Assembly: GCF_001447785.1 (NCBI RefSeq)
Contig: NW_015169194.1
Location: 488,459-552,458 of the forward strand
Direction: 5' to 3'
DNA length: 64,000 nt
Source: Gekko japonicus
Taxonomy: Eukaryota
The notes under the pieces were generated by a model, which had not been told where the DNA came from, ran no database searches, and saw only the letters and a list, made by a program, of their open reading frames with translations. The position numbers and the translations under genes were made by a program. Below, one piece after another: positions 63,401 through 64,000 of this stretch. Numbering within the stretch: position 1 is the first letter of the stretch; each line of letters starts with the position of its first letter.

Positions 63401-64000
63401 ACCCCTTTCTTTTAAAAGAGATTTAAAGAGTTGGAGATCCAGTCACAGGAGTCTGACTTGCTGGATTTTGGTCCCAGAGGATACGCAGTTGTCTATGGGA
63501 CTGATCCACTAAATTGGCATCCAAGTCTAATTAAGTCTAGAAATCGGTGAAGTTTTATTATAGGGTGATGGCTGATATAAGGACCTGGAGGAGGAGAATT
63601 GATCTTCATTTTATTTCTCTTGATATTCGATTAAATGATTCCAAAGTTGCTGGTTTATGGGTGAAAAGAAGGACGTTTAGTAGCATTGGGTCCTGTTTAT
63701 ATTAATAATGTATTATTTGTGCACAATCGTAGTGTAGAAAGAAAAGCAGTAGACTTCAGAAACTCCTGGGACTGAACGTGCAAACCACAGTGAGCACAGC
63801 TTGTTACTCCTTAAAATATTTTCATTGCCCTTCTCCCCCCACTTTAACAGATGGCCCATATTAAGATACTTTTCAAAACATGATTTCAAGTTTTTTGGCC
63901 TTCAGAATATAGTCTATTTACATTTATTGTTACCATAGAGGTCAATATACCTAGATACTTGTAGCTCAGTGATTATGTATGTGGAACTCTAGAACTAGAG

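Overview
Vertebrate genomic DNA, almost certainly a squamate and probably a gecko, judged from the repeat content (Sauria SINEs, BovB, a SPIN MITE, Squam3-like and 5S-derived SINEs). Three protein-coding genes lie on the minus strand in the same order as on human 5q22: TMED7 (3 coding exons, 220 aa), TICAM2/TRAM (1 coding exon, 223 aa) and FEM1C (2 coding exons, 617 aa). Each has its own CpG-island promoter. The rest is nested transposon debris (Gypsy 5' LTR/PBS/gag, a solo LTR, L1, L2, CR1, BovB, Penelope with hammerhead remnants, hAT and Harbinger-type MITEs, a hAT transposase fossil) plus a 696-nt N gap. The most notable observations are: (1) an internal donor in TMED7 and an internal acceptor in TICAM2 that would join in frame to give a TAG-type TMED7-TICAM2 read-through fusion, while the normal TICAM2 acceptor would give a truncated TMED7; (2) an intact squamate TRAM with changes at residues important in mammals; (3) three uORFs in the FEM1C leader, one ending in a TAA directly before the start ATG. 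Family names and human residue comparisons come from recall, not database searches.
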